A program made the position numbers and the translations under genes. Shown one piece after another: positions 1 through 12,723 of a stretch of DNA of 64,000 nt. A model generated the notes under the pieces. The model worked only from the letters and a program-made list of their open reading frames with translations. It ran no database searches and was not told the DNA's origin. The DNA comes from the human T2T-CHM13v2.0 reference genome, Homo sapiens: NCBI RefSeq assembly GCF_009914755.1, contig NC_060934.1, one strand, 5' to 3'. Position 1 is the stretch's first letter. Every line of letters starts with the position of its first letter.

Positions 1-1827
1 GATGGGGCTGGAGAAGGTGTCTGCAGCGACTGAAGAAGGTGCAGCCCAGTATGGGGCCTCTGGGGAGGGCACTGGAGGCAGAGGGGTCCCCCAGGCAGAA
101 CCGGGCTCCCGTGCACTCCAGAGGCAGTTCCATCTCTCACTCTCCTCCTGCCCCTCCTGAGACCCCCCTGAAGCTGTTCTCTTGACGTCCCTGAGAAGCT
201 GTGTCCCATAGGCCACTTGTCCCAGGTCCCTCTCCCTGGATGAGCTCAGGATTCTAACGCGGTGAGTGGGAATCCGTTTTGGGGTTTCAGTTTTCCCCCG
301 ATGCCTAGTGGCTGCTTCCTAGGCCATGGCTGGTGAAGTTAAGACGCCTCACGAGGCCACAAACCTCTCAAGAAGAGGTGGACCCTGGCAAGCTCACCAA
401 GGGGCCTGGGTGGCGGCTGTAGTGGCCATGCTGTGATGGCACCACCTGGCACTGAGGCTCTTGTTCCATCCACTGCAGATGGCAGAGGGGGGTCTTTGTC
501 CCAAGAGGCTGGGAACCCCCCATGCCCTATGGCTGTCAGGTGTTGGTGGCCAGGCAGGGGCACTCAGCCCACCGGCTTCCCAGGGGACGGAGCTACCTCC
601 CAGGCCCACACGCACTCCCGCCTAAAGCCCTTGTTTAGTCAGAACATTGCCGTGGGGCTAAGGCACACAGTTGCTGCGACTGCAGGATGGCCCCTTCGGC
701 AACAGCTGCCTCCCCTCAGCTGCTTCATGCTGGCTGGAGCCTTACTGGGCTTGGAAGAGCAGATGGGCTGGGGCGCCGTCTGAGTCCTCGCCACTGTGGA
801 ACTACTATGGACATACTGTTTTCTGGTGCTTGCATGCAAGCGATCGTTCCGATGAGGTCTGGGATTCTTGGCTATCTTCAAACAGAGCTTGGAGATGCTG
901 CTCCTGAGTGGCTGAGAACCTGTGGCCTCGTGGACTCTCCCACTTGGGGATAACCAAGGCTCTTAACACCTTGCCTGGCTACTCCCAGCTCTCCTCGCCC
1001 TGGGATCGAGGACCTGTGTGCAGGATGTGCATAATCCGTGATCCATCTTGAGGGCCACCCTCCATGCTGCCCGAGCTTGACAGCCGCTTCCAAGGGAGCT
1101 CTGCCGCTGTTTCTCCCTTGTGTCCTCCTGACACTTCCCGATGCATCCCCGAGTTCTGGGAGGCACCTCCACGTCCCTTCCTCTTCTGCCACATTCCCAT
1201 GCCTTGCCACGGTCCCCTCTGAAACAGCGGGGGTTCCTCCAGCAGGTTTGCCCACTTCGCTTTTTCTGCCTTGCCCTGCTGCTAGGTGAGGTCTCTATGA
1301 ATTCTTGGGGGGACTCTGGGTGCTCCTTCACTCAGAGAGCTTTCTCTCACCTGTTTCCACACAGCTCTGAGCCCAAAGGGTTTCACCCTCCACACCCTGC
1401 ATCCTGTGCTCTGTATGGCCCCTTCTGAGCTTCCGGCCCCTTCATGCCAGGGCTCTCCCCCTCCTGCTTGGGGAGTGGTGGGATGCCGGGGCAGGTGTGG
1501 CTGCCATCCGTTCCTGTCAGTCAGGGACCACCTCTTCTTGCATCTCTGGCTGCCTCGAGCCTGTGGCTCTCATGAGCTGCTGGGGGGGCCTTGGGGGTTG
1601 GAGGTCAGGTAAAGACAGGAAGTCTGTGTTGTTCAAAGCCTTGCACATGGGCTAATTTGTTACAGCAGCCATTGGACACTTGTGCAGTATGCCCACCGGG
1701 GCAGGTGGGAAGCTTGTGTGGCACGCCCACCAGGGCAAGTGATGTGGCTGTGAAGGGACCTAGGGCAGGGATACACATTGTACAGGGGGCACCAGACACA
1801 CGGTTGGGGAAGAAAGCAAGGTGAAGC

Positions 1828-1991
1828 TGTGACTGGTGTGAGCGGTGTGAGCAGTGTGAACTGTGAGTGGTATGAACTGTGTGAGTGGTGTGAGCTGTGT
1901 GACTGGTATGAACTGTGTGAGTGGTGTGAGCTGTGTGACTGGTATGAACCGTGTGAGTGGTGTGAGTGGTGTGAGCTGTATGAGTGGTGTG
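1828..1991. repeat. Tandem repeat with a 9-bp subunit (GTGTGAGTG-like) organised into 36-bp higher-order units
   Basis: GTGTGAGTG-GTGTGAGCT-GTGTGACTG-GTATGAACT recurs. It produces the spurious HHSHSSYQSHSS and CEWCELCDWYEL ORFs. Confidence 0.85.
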
Positions 1992-2040
1992 CCACCCTTG
2001 ATGGCAGAAGCAGATTAAACAGATATGTTAAAAGAAATCA

Positions 2041-2346
2041 GGCCAGGCGCTGTGGCTCACACCTGTAATCTCAATACTTTGAGAGGCGGAGGCGGGCAGA
2101 TCACGAGGTCAGGAGTTCAAGACCATCCTGGACAACATGGTAAAACCCCGTCTCTACTAAAATACAAAAAATTAGCTGGGTGTGGTGGCGTGTGCCTGTA
2201 ATCCCAGCTTCTCAGGAGGCTGAGGCAGGGGAATCTCTTGAACCTGGGAGGCGGAGGTTGCAGTGAGCCGAGATTGCACCATTGACTCCAGCCTGGCAAC
2301 AGAGCAAGACTCAGCCTCAAAAAAAAAAAAAAAAAAAAAAAAAAAA
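2041..2346 (+). mobile_element. Full-length AluS-family SINE
   Basis: GGCCAGGCGC start, two arms with an A-rich linker, long poly(A). TSD AAAGAAATCA at 2031-2040 and 2349-2358. Confidence 0.95.
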
Positions 2347-2659
2347 GGAAAGAAATCAATCAATCAATGGAAATATGAACTAAAATCTTTTTTACAAGGG
2401 ATATTTCTAGAAGGAAGGAGAAGGCAGGAGGAAGGGACAGTGTCAGGGCCTCCAGGTGACGTGGGCAGCAGAAGCAGACAGGATGCTCAGGACACAGAGC
2501 CATCTGGGCCCTCAGCAAGTAAACAGCAAGGACAGGGCCCACAGAGTGACCGGCGGTCACGGACCCACCTCACTGCACAGACTCATCCAGATCCTGATTG
2601 AGAGAAACCATCAGAAGACATTCACAGACACTGGGAGAACACAAGCCTGGCGCAGTGTG

Positions 2660-2945
2660 ACGGGATCGTAAAGACCGTTGTTTCAGGTGTGGAAAAATAC
2701 CGTGGCGGTGGCTACGAAGAGAGTCCTCATCTTTAAAGATACACACTAAACTATCAGTGGATAAAATGACACACTCTCTGGAATTCATGTCGGATACCGA
2801 GGGCACAGCGGGAGGTGGCGAAGGTTGTGGCTGTAACAGGATTGGTGTCGCGTCGGTCCCTGATGAGGCCGGACCCGGGTGCTTGTGGGGGGTCACAGTG
2901 TTCCTCCTCTATACCATGTGAGTTGCATCTTCTAAAAACTAGAAA
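2660..2945 (+). mobile_element. Degraded ancient L1M (L1MC/ME-type) 3' UTR fragment
   Basis: TCCTCATCTTTAAAGATACACACTAAA...GGATAAAATGAC resembles old L1M 3' ends. Confidence 0.45.
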
Positions 2946-4456
2946 AAGAGAAGAGTTGAGGCAATGCTTCCGTGGCCCCAAAGCCCACACATGGGCCTCA
3001 GTCAGGAGCACAGAAAGGACCCCTGGCCCCTTCCCCAGGTGGCAGAGCCTGCGCACGGCCTGGTCAGCGAAGGGACGTGGTCAATGCTGGGACCTGGGCT
3101 CTGGGCCCACGCGGAGGCCCGACTGCCCCGGAAATGGCCAACAATGTCCCCGCGGTCCTGGATGCCACAACCTGTCATGAGGTTCGCAGAAGGGGGTGAC
3201 CCGATGGGGTGGCCAGGGGCTCCCGGTCCAGATGAGGAAGCTGAGGCTGGGTGGCAGGTGGCAGCCCCACCGTGCACGGGCCCCACACACACTGGGCAGC
3301 TGTGTCTGCCACGTGTGGGCCCAGCGCAGTGGCGAGGAAGCTTCCTTCTCACTCGCGGGCTCGCTGCAGGACAGCCAGGAAGGCAGCCCAGGAGGGGGTG
3401 CCTATGACATATTTGAGACTGACCTGAGGCAGCATGACAAGTTTAACTTTCCACACCAGAACGGCTCAGTCACCCTCAACATGGTTTCCAGTACTATCCC
3501 CCACCCACCCCAGTGGCTCCAGCCGGCAGCCAGAGATAGAAACTTAGAGGCGTGTCTCCCACCTAACAGAGGCTTCCTTTCCCGGCCATTCAGACATGTG
3601 CCTGCCAGCTTACATGTCCATCACGGTGTGACCCTCGACCTGGTGCCTGGGGTTCACCCACCAAGCAGACCTCCTGTGGACCCGACAAACGTGTTGGCCC
3701 CAGGGTCCCTGCACTCCCTGCTTGTGCCCCCGACCTCCAAGTGCTTGTGGGCACCAGGCCTGCCACGCGCCCGCCAAGGTCTGTAAGTACTAGAAGATCT
3801 TCAGCTTCCACACTGTGGTTGTATCACGGAAACCCCGCCTGCCCCAGTTCCACCCCTAACGACGAGGCCGGCCCTCAGGGACCCACACGGGTGGATGGAT
3901 CCCTTGGTCTCTGGCCACAGCCTCCCGACTGTTGAGACCGGAGCTGCCAGCTGGGTGGGCGGTTTCATTTTAAATGCCCACTCCTGCCCCTGGGCTCCCA
4001 CTCCCTGACTGTGCTCCCTGGACTGTGCTCCCTGGGCTCACAGGCTGGGCCCCTCTGCCCTCCACTGGCGCTTGCTCCTCCCAAGCCAGGTGACCTGACC
4101 AGAGGCCAGTAGGGCCACCTCTCTGGCCTCAGCTTCCTTGCAGCTCTAAGGCAAAGGCAAGGACCATGCACACGCCTGTCGAGGGAAGAAAATGAGAAAA
4201 TGGATATGAAAGTTCTCCTCCTCCTCCTGAATCAGTCATGAGGGAAACAGCTATTTTAAGGCATAAAGGTGCAGCCTGGGTGACCCAGAGAGACGGGCCC
4301 GGCAAATTCCCACCGCCTTTTGGCCCATTTAGGAGCACGTGGTAACCACTCCTTCCTAAGCAGACTCTGCGCCGAGGCCCCCACGCAGGGTTTCTTTGCT
4401 CCTGCAGTGGTGGCGGAGGTGAACCCAAAGCAGAGGGCGAGGCACAGAGGAACCTG

Positions 4457-4580
4457 AGTGTGCCGGCGGGGCTGGCCCCGGTGCAGCTCCATCCCTCTGC
4501 CCCCGAGTGCAGCTTCACCCCTCTTCCCCCAAGTGTGTGCCGGCGGGGCTGGCCCGGTGCGGCTTCACCCCTCTGCCCCT
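4457..4580. repeat. Short imperfect direct duplication
   Basis: GTGTGCCGGCGGGGCTGGCCC(C)GGTGC...CCCTCTGCCCC occurs twice, about 77 bp apart. Confidence 0.75.
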
Positions 4581-5102
4581 AGAGCCTGGAGGAGAACCAG
4601 CCCTGGAAGAATCAGCTTCCCCACAGCAGGGAGAGCAGGATCCCCCTTTCCCGACCATTTAGGAACCTCCAGCTGCCTTGTACACAGGGCTCCTCCGGGT
4701 TCTCTAATCAGTGCTGCCATCCCCCTCCCAACGCTGGCCTGGTGGGAGGTGATCTGTTTAATCCTCAGCATCTCTGCCTCCCTCCAAAGCCACTGTGGTC
4801 AGACCCAGCACAGCCTGGAGCCCCCGAGACTCTCCAGCCCTGACCCTCCCAGAGAAAAGGCAGCTGCTAAGCTGGGCCCCTCAGTGTGGCAGGCAAGTGG
4901 ACGAGGCCTGGGGAACTGCCAGCAGTGCTGGCGGGGGAACTTCCTCCCACCATCTGGCCAGGGCACGGGGCAGCCTCCTTGGGACCGAGGCAGCTTCTAC
5001 TGAGGACTGTGGTGCAGCAGCTGCTCTCGGAGGCCCCCACGGGAAGCTACACGGCAGGTCCAAGAGATCCACATGATTCAGGAGATGCCCCTTGCTTTAA
5101 AA

Positions 5103-5575
5103 TGTAGGTTTTATTATCACACAGGTGGGTGAGATCAGGAGATGCCTGCCATTGATGAGACCGTTCGTTATAGTTACCAACAGGAGGAGGGGCATGCCAC
5201 ACCGTGGGGCCACACAGCAAAGACCAGGGTCTCGGAGGCAGACGACGTGAAGGGGAAACACGGGCAGAGCCTTAGCGGAGGCTTCCTCGGGAAAAGCAGG
5301 GAAAGGCGGGGAAAGCCAGGTGAGCAGGTTTGAGACTGGCCTGTGGGAATACAGGCCTGCCCTGGTTGTCTGGGGTCAGGCCCTGAGGTGATTCATGCAG
5401 GGGATGTGGGCTCAAGCCTGGGAAAGCATAGAGCAGACGGCTGGGGGTGAGCTGGGGGTTGCATTTGAAAGGCAACAAAAGGCAAGTGTTTCTGATCTCT
5501 AGGAAGTGGCTGGCCCAGGAGGGGCAGTCTCTCCAGGGTCAGCAAGGCCCTGACATTAAAGCGTTGGAAATACAC
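5103..5575 (-). mobile_element. ERVL-type solo LTR (MER74-like)
   Basis: TGTAGGTTTTATTAT... at one end and ...GGGGCAGTCTCTCCAGGGTCAGCAAGGCCC... near the other resemble the reverse complement of the MER74 consensus as I recall it. Confidence 0.55.
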
Positions 5576-5579
5576 AGTT

Positions 5580-5711
5580 CATACATGTGCAACGCATGCA
5601 CACACACACACATACCACATACACACATGCACACACAGAGGCATGCACACACACGCAACACACAGACATGCAGGCACACACACGTTCATGTACACAGGTA
5701 TGCACACACAG
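5580..5711. repeat. Degenerate (CA)n/(CATG)-rich simple repeat
   Basis: Runs of CACACACA interspersed with CATG. Confidence 0.85.
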
Positions 5712-8179
5712 AGGAGCGGGCACGCTGGGTGGACACTTGGGCGGAGACCAGGCTGCAGTGCCGGGGTGACTGTCCAGCCCTGTCGGGTCCTCAGTGCTCC
5801 TGAAACCCTCGCCCTGGGCCAGGCTGGACATGCAGGGCCAAGCACTCCCCATCAGAGGTCCAAGGGAGGAAGATCACACTGCACTTAACCATTTAAACCC
5901 CAAAGCCAGACAGGGTCTGCAGTGGCCAGTACTGCACTCCACAACCCTGAGAGCCACAGGCTGGAACCCTCAGGATGCTGGTGGGTATTTTATAGATGGT
6001 GTGAGGGCTCAGGACAAGAGCACTGTGTGCACTGAGCCTCCCCACAGCCTGTCCTGGGGCCCTCGGTCCAGCCGGCAGATTCCTTTGGTCCCCACAGGAG
6101 AGCAGGTCAGCTCAACCCAGTAAACATTCTCTGGACCCGGCACCAGCAAACGGTCCTCCCCAAGCTGGGGGAGCCCATCTCACACACACAATCACAGAAT
6201 CACAGCAAAGTCAGCAAAAACCCAAACAAAGCCTGTATCAAACCATCTTAGTCCCAACTAATGGAGTCCAGAAACGCCATTGCTCCAAAGTCCCCAGGGG
6301 CACCGCACACTCCCTGCCAGATGGGGGTCGCTCCATGCCACGCACTTGGCCGCCGCAGAGGGCTCCTGCTGCCCTGAGCGGGGTGGCCAGGCAGTGGGCT
6401 GGTGAGGAAACCAGAGCCTGTGCTGCTGGAAAGTGGGGGGCATCTGGGAGAAACCCAGGCCCAGCCGCCCGCAGTGACTGCAGCAGCCCCTGCCCCGGGA
6501 GCCCGGCAGCAGGCCAGCAGACGCTGCTGGACATCGTCAACTTTTAGCGGCCACTGATGGCTCCCTTTCAGCCAGGCTTCCCGGACACTAGGGGGCTGTC
6601 ATGTGAGGGGTCACTCACGGCACATAGGCCCGGGTTCCCCAGGTCCCAAGCCCAGGATCCAGGCCTGGACATCTCAGGAGCAGGGTCTGGAGAGTGAGGA
6701 CAGGGACGCATCACTCGCCATGGGAACACACGTCACAGATAAGCAACCCCCAGCACACCCAGCTTCCAATCGACGTCAGCGTCCGCTGGCTGTGAACATG
6801 AGGAAGAAACGGAGCTGCCTGTCAGGCTGAGTTCACCCAGGCTGCCTTCCGGTGGAGCTGCCATCCTGGTGGCCTGGAGAGCACGAGGCCCCCCCCAAAG
6901 AAGACCCCCAGGGAAGCCCCCCCAGGGCAGAGCCTGGGCTACAGGCAGTGCTGACTCAAGCCGCCTGGGTGGTGGCCTGAAACCCATGACCCCAAGCTGG
7001 CAACTGAGTTTCATCCCAGAACCCGGACACCTGCAAGCTCTTCTCAGCCAGTGCTGCTCGCCACCTGCAGCGAGTCCCCCCGATGGATGAGGAACCCTCA
7101 GAACCAGCTCCTCCCGGCGTGGACTCAGAGGCCACAGGCTCAGCCACGGTGTCACAGTCACACATGGCAGGGTGGTCCTACAGCAGCCGCTGGCGGGTTG
7201 CCATAGCGACCACAGGCACTGTCTTCTCGCTGAGACGGCACAGGGGGCCCAGGTAAGGTGGAATCCAGAGGCCACGTACACAGGCCCTGCACGGGGGCAT
7301 GGAGCTGGGGAGCCCGGCCAGGCAGACCTTCTTCACCCACAAACATGCTCATCCTCTTCTTGCCTCTCTGTTGGGTCCATCTGAGATGTGGGGTCACTGC
7401 AAGGACAGGCGGTTCCTCGGGGTGGGTGGGGGCTGTGGTGAAGGCCTTTTGACCTGTTTTCTTAGTTATTTCCCCACAGCCTGGGAAACGCGGACGCCGT
7501 GCGCCTGTGCTTCTCTCTCTCTCCCTCGGACAGGGGGATGGCCTGGGGTGAGGGGTGCGCAGGGCAGGGCGAGGAGCCCAGCCAGCCAGGGGGGTTAGAG
7601 AGGAGAGGGCAGAGACCCACTTAGGGTCAAGGGGCGGGGCTGCACCCAACTGTGCCCACTGCCCAACAGCCAGCCGTGCCACCGAGAAATCCATCTGGGC
7701 AAGGGGCTCTCGAACCCCCAAAGGGGCACCACACCCCTAGAGACACGCCTCTGCCTCCTGATAGCTGTGCCCATCAGACACCGTCAAGCTGGCGTCCTGG
7801 TGCTCCCTGCAGCATTCTGGCCGAGTGGAAATCCGGCCTCTGCCCCTACAGAAGTCAACGGGAACACACGATCTCCCAGCACTTAGCACTCACACCCCAA
7901 ACACTCCTAGTTAAGTGAGGGCCTGGCTGTTATTCCCAGGAGCACCAGCCACAGCTTGGCAAAGCCAAACCCGACCCTCCACCCACACCTGCTGCCCAGG
8001 CTGGGTGCAAGAGCCACACGCCCAGCCCAGCCAACTCCTCCAGCCAGAAGCACAGCCGTGGCTCCAAAGAGGCGTCCAAAGAGGACGCCGACTGCCCCTT
8101 TGACAGCTGCGGGAAGGCAGGGCTCAGGGCCAGGCAGTGGCTCAACGACAAGGTCGACAATTTAACACTGGGAAAAGTT

Positions 8180-8480
8180 AGAAAATAAAGTCTGTTAGTC
8201 ACGGCAGCAAAAAGTTCCACGTAACAACATGACATAGAATAACCATAGGAACGACGTATCATCAACGGAACAAAATGTGAAGAATCAAGATGAAAAAGCA
8301 GACGCCTATTTGGGTAAAAGACACTAGACCCCTAGATGGGTAAGATCTCAACTTTGCTCTCAATTAATCTGAAAACGTAACTCCTACCCAAATCCCAGCG
8401 GGGTTACTTTCGACCTTGACAAGACGTATTCAGAAGTCCGTGTGGAAAAATAAACACGAAGGAAGAGCCGGCATTTTTGG
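8180..8480 (+). mobile_element. Degraded L1M ORF2 fragment
   Basis: AAGATCTCAACTTTGCTCTCAATTAATCT...AAATCCCAGC...CTTGACAAG...TGGAAAAATAAA matches the L1 ORF2 3' region pattern. Confidence 0.55.
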
Positions 8481-8641
8481 CAGAGTGTAGAAGAGGCTCC
8501 AGAACACTGCGGACTCACTGGTCAGCGAACCCTTCATTCAGGGGACAGAGCGGGAAGCCCAGAGAGAGGCCTGCACCCTCGACGGGCTGTCCACAAGCAG
8601 CTCCAGACCTCAAGCCCGCCAACTTAAAAGTGCTGAATTCC

Positions 8642-8939
8642 AGCCACGAGCAGCGGCTCACAGCTGTAATCCCAGGACTTTGGGAGGCTGAGGTGGGCAG
8701 ATCTCTTGAGGTCACGAGTTTGAGACCAGCCTGGAGAACATAGCGAAACCCTGTCTCTACTAAAAATACAAAAAAAATTAGCTGAGCATGGTGGCACACG
8801 CCTGTAGTCCCAGCTACTCAGGAGGCTGAGGAATGAGAATCACTTGAACCTGGGAGGTGGATGTCGCAGTGAGCCGAGATCACGCCACTGCACTTTAGCC
8901 TGGGTGACACAGTGAGACCCTGACTGAAAAAAAAAAAAA
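8642..8939 (+). mobile_element. Full-length old Alu (AluJ/early AluS-like)
   Basis: Dimeric Alu with poly(A). TSD TGCTGAATTCCAG at about 8631-8643 and 8940-8952. Confidence 0.93.
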
Positions 8940-9189
8940 TGCTGAATTCCAGATGGACTCCATTCTCCCCAGAACAGAACGTTTCTTGCCCTGATCGTGA
9001 ATGAGGCAGTGCTGGGTGCAGACGGCCTTCAAGCATGTATGGGGGCCAGGGGCTGGTGTCCTCTGAGAGGGGCCATGAGCTGGGAGCTGCTGGGAGGAGG
9101 GCGGCTGAAGGCACCCAGGACACGGGACGAGTGGGGGGAGTGCAGCAGGAGGACGGAAGGGCACGGGTGGTGAAGGGGCTCCGACGGCA

Positions 9190-9680
9190 CCAGTAAACTC
9201 TGCGTTGTTGACTGTTTGGAGCAGAAACCACTGGAAAACAGCACCTGAGGTTGGGGGGGCTCTCTCCAAACTCCCCTCATCTGCCTAAAGACAGACACTC
9301 CAAGAGGAACTGCCAGCACAGCCCCCCTGCAGTTCCAGCGGCCCAGGAAGAGGGACCCTCCCCCGGGAGAGGGGCCAGGATCCACCCCCGCCTCAGGCTC
9401 AGTCACAAACCATCACAGCCCCCGCTGCTTCTCCGAGGGCCCTGTAGTCTCCCCAAAAGCTGTGTGCCCCCCATGCGGCCCCCCGCGCCCCCTTCTCCCA
9501 GCCTGCACATCAGCCCTTGGGGCCCACCACTGTTTTGGGTGTTTTCTTTTTCCCCCACGATGCCCTGCACACGTAACACTAATAATAAATTCATATGCTT
9601 TTCCTCCTGCCCCTGTGCCTACTGTCAGCACGTTTCACAGACCTGGCTCTCAGCCTCAGAAGGCAGCCAGAGGGGCGGCT
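9190..9680 (+). mobile_element. Probable ERV1 solo LTR (MER34/MER39-like), GC-drifted
   Basis: AATAAATTCATATGCTTTTCCTCCTG...TGTCAG...TTTCACAGACC resembles the poly(A)/U5 end of MER4-group LTRs. Confidence 0.45.
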
Positions 9681-12600
9681 CCTCCATGGCACGTTTGGTT
9701 TGGGAAACCTGGGCCCAAAGAACAGGAAAACGCTGTACCCCCACCCAGGGGAACCACAGACCGGAAAGGTCAATGGCTTTTAAGAGATGCGTGTCCAGAG
9801 ATGGGGCCCACCTTACAGGCCAGAGGGGCCGGGGCTCGGCATGGGCTTGGGGTTCATGCCCAGCCCAACCTGCACTGGTCTGCACCCCCCAGCCAAGCCT
9901 GGTCCCAGAGAGACCCTGGGGCAGCGACCTCCCCTCATCCCTGGGGCAGCTGCATCCAAGCCACCCACCCACCAGCTCACAGGAGGATGCAGGAATGGGG
10001 CTGCCCCCATCTGTGGCTCCTGGGATCATGGCCCTCAGCCTGAGATATCCACAGCCCAAGGCTGGAATGCGATGTCCTGGATTCTGAACAAGCACAATTA
10101 GGCAGCGCTGGGGAGGTGGCGAGCCTCTCAGACACCGCAGCCTCTGGAACCCCGGCTGGACGCTGAGGAGGCAGCAGGCTTCTAATCACACTGAGCAGCC
10201 TGGGGGCGAGGCGGGGGTGGAGAGTGGGCTGGACGGAAGTCTATGCCGGGTAAGGGGGCAGGCAGGGGCGGAGGGCAGGCTGGACGAATGTCCATGGCAG
10301 GGAGAAACAGATTTTCTCCAAGTCTAGATTCCTCCCTGCTAAGTGGTTAGTCCTGGAATTAACTACCGCCACCACTTTCAGCCGGACAGAACCGGGGGCA
10401 CCATGTACTTCATGCCTCAAAGCTGTCTTCAAAACAGTGAAAATGGTAAATTTGTTATGTGTAATTCACTGTAATTTTTTAAAAACTGAAAACAAAAACA
10501 AAAGCCAAGGGCCAGGTCTAGATAATCCATTTCCGAGAGCGGCGGCCCCGAGGGTGGAGCCATGGCCCTGGTGGTAGAGCAGCTGCACCAGGGCCATTTG
10601 GCAGGACCCGACTCTACCCGGTCAGACTCTAAATGCTGCGCCGCCCTGAACGGGTGGGCTCCGGTGCTCTGCCAGGGGATCCCACCCCTCAACCCGGAGC
10701 CATTTTCACAGGTGGCTCAAACACTGGCAGGGCTTGGGCACAGCTGAGCCTGGGCCCACCACCACCTGCAGGGAAACAGGGGTGGCTGGGGCCCCTGCTG
10801 CTGCAGCCCCTCTGAACTGAGGCCACATGTGAGCAGACACAGCTACAGCCCAACCACACGCAGAACCACCCTTCTCAGCCCTCATCCTTCCTGCCATGGG
10901 GTCATTGCCTTGGCCAGTGAAAGAGCTGGAAGGACCCCTCCAGGTCAGTGACAGGCCTCACCTCACCCTCCCCTCAGTGCCAGGCACCCATCAACAAGCG
11001 CCGCACAGAACCCCTGCAGGCCTGATGAGGAGGCCTAACTGTGAGCCGGAAGGAACCCTCCAGGTGCACGACTACCCCGCATCTGAACACGGCACCCAGC
11101 AGCTCGCTCCTGTTCCCCGCATTCCACAGCCGCCCATTTCTGGGCCAGCTGGCGTTTCCGAGCCTCTTAAGGACTGGTCCAAGGAGTAGAACCCTGGCAG
11201 TCTACAGATGGTGGGCAGGGCTGAGGCTGCCCACCTGTGCTCATGAGAAGGAGGGGACCATCCCCAGGCAGGAGTGCAGGGCCAGCAGAGGCGGGGGCAA
11301 CAGGGGCAATGGGGAGATGCTGGGGGCCCCAGGAAACAGCACCTGCACCCGCCAGCCTCGCTCCCCAGGGCAGGTCTCTGCCCCTCAGATGCCCTCGGCC
11401 TGGCCCTCTCCAGACATGCTGGCCGGGCCCAGGCTTCCCAACCTCCCTCCTTGAACCTGATTTCTGGATGCCTGGTGACTCCCAGGGTCCCCCTAAGCCA
11501 CCTCTCCTGAACCTGGTCACAGCTGCCGTCCTCCGCTGCCAGAGGGGAGCAGTCCCCCAAAACTCCATCCTGCCTGCCCCTCGTGCACCCGCTGTGGGCC
11601 TGGGAAACAGAACTTAGGCTCAGCTGGGAGGACAGGAGGGTCTGAGTCAGTCCCAACAGCCCTGAGCGTCTCTGACGAACTCCGCCAGCTTCAGCACCTC
11701 ACCTCGATGGTCAACCAGCCTCACCAGCAACAAAACGGTGCAGGTCCACGGGCGCCTCCCAACATGCAGGGACTCAAAAGCACTCTCTTCTTGGTGCACG
11801 GGAGCTTTCTCAATGCACTGCGCAAAGGGGCTCATTTGCTCTGACTTTTCATCATCCCAGGCCTCAAGTAACCCAGTGGAGCCATCGTTTGCTATACAAT
11901 GAAATGGAGGTAATTAATCGCATTCAAATACCCTACGTATTATGCTCCGGTAGCATGGCAATCGCTTTAAAAAGGGCTTATGGGGCTTAAATAGACACAG
12001 TGTCCAGGCAGCTGTACAGCCAGGAGCAGGAGGGAGGCAGCACCCATCTGCTAAGCCTCCCGGGACAGCTGAAAAGAACTGTCCATTCAGAAGTGATTCA
12101 TCCACAACAGAGCTGCGCGCAGAAGCCGGAGGGCTAATTCCAAACTTTTCCGAGTGCTCGTTAAGCCTCTTTGAGTTATAATTACCCCCAATCTCTAGAT
12201 ATTACAAGGCGGCAATCAGGAAGTTAGATCTGGTCAAGAGAAAACAAAAGGAGAGTAAAGGAACGGGCTCCGTCCAGGCCGGCAAACAGGCCTATCTGGA
12301 GGACAGCAGCAGGGCACTCTGGACGGGGCTGGAGACAGGGATAAGGATGAGGACAAGGACCAGCTGAGGATGCACGCTCAGCACCCACCCTCCGTCCTGT
12401 CCCCTGTAGGTCCTGAGGAGCAGCCGCAGGCACAGCCTGGCCTCTAGGCTCCAGTTCAGCCAAAGCTGCGATTTTGTCCTCCTGGTGGCTCCTGGACGCT
12501 GCGGAGTTGGTGACACCATGGGGCCCAGTCTGATGGCGGCACAGCCAGCTGCCTCCGTGGCAGGAGTGCCCACGTCCTCCCTAAAAGACCTGGAGCCTCT

Positions 12601-12723
12601 GCCCAGGTAAGGCTGCTTCTCCCAAGGAGGATGGGAGTAGGTGGGCTCAGGGGACAGCATGTCCGACTCCACGGTTCTGCCCCTGTCCCCTCAGCCCAGT
12701 CCCCACCCCAGGCCCTGCCTTAC

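Larger units (their letters stand above)
1..12723 (-). other. STK32C: Intron downstream of the kinase exon; the next constitutive exon lies outside the window
   Basis: Begins at the GT donor (12723-12722). I did not see an exon encoding the expected next peptide (VCIVQKRDT...) in 1-12723. Confidence 0.75.

Noticed and set aside
1660-2068. His/Ser-rich and Cys/Glu/Trp-rich ORFs as metal-binding peptides
   Set aside because: They are produced by the 9/36-bp tandem repeat.
339-11656. Numerous 60-280 aa Pro/Gly/Ala-rich ORFs in unique GC-rich sequence
   Set aside because: They have no recognisable domains, overlap on both strands, and many use non-ATG starts. This is the expected background at high GC.
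11690-11710. TTCAGCACC as a REST/NRSF site
   Set aside because: Only the left half-site is present; the GGACAG right half is missing at canonical spacing.
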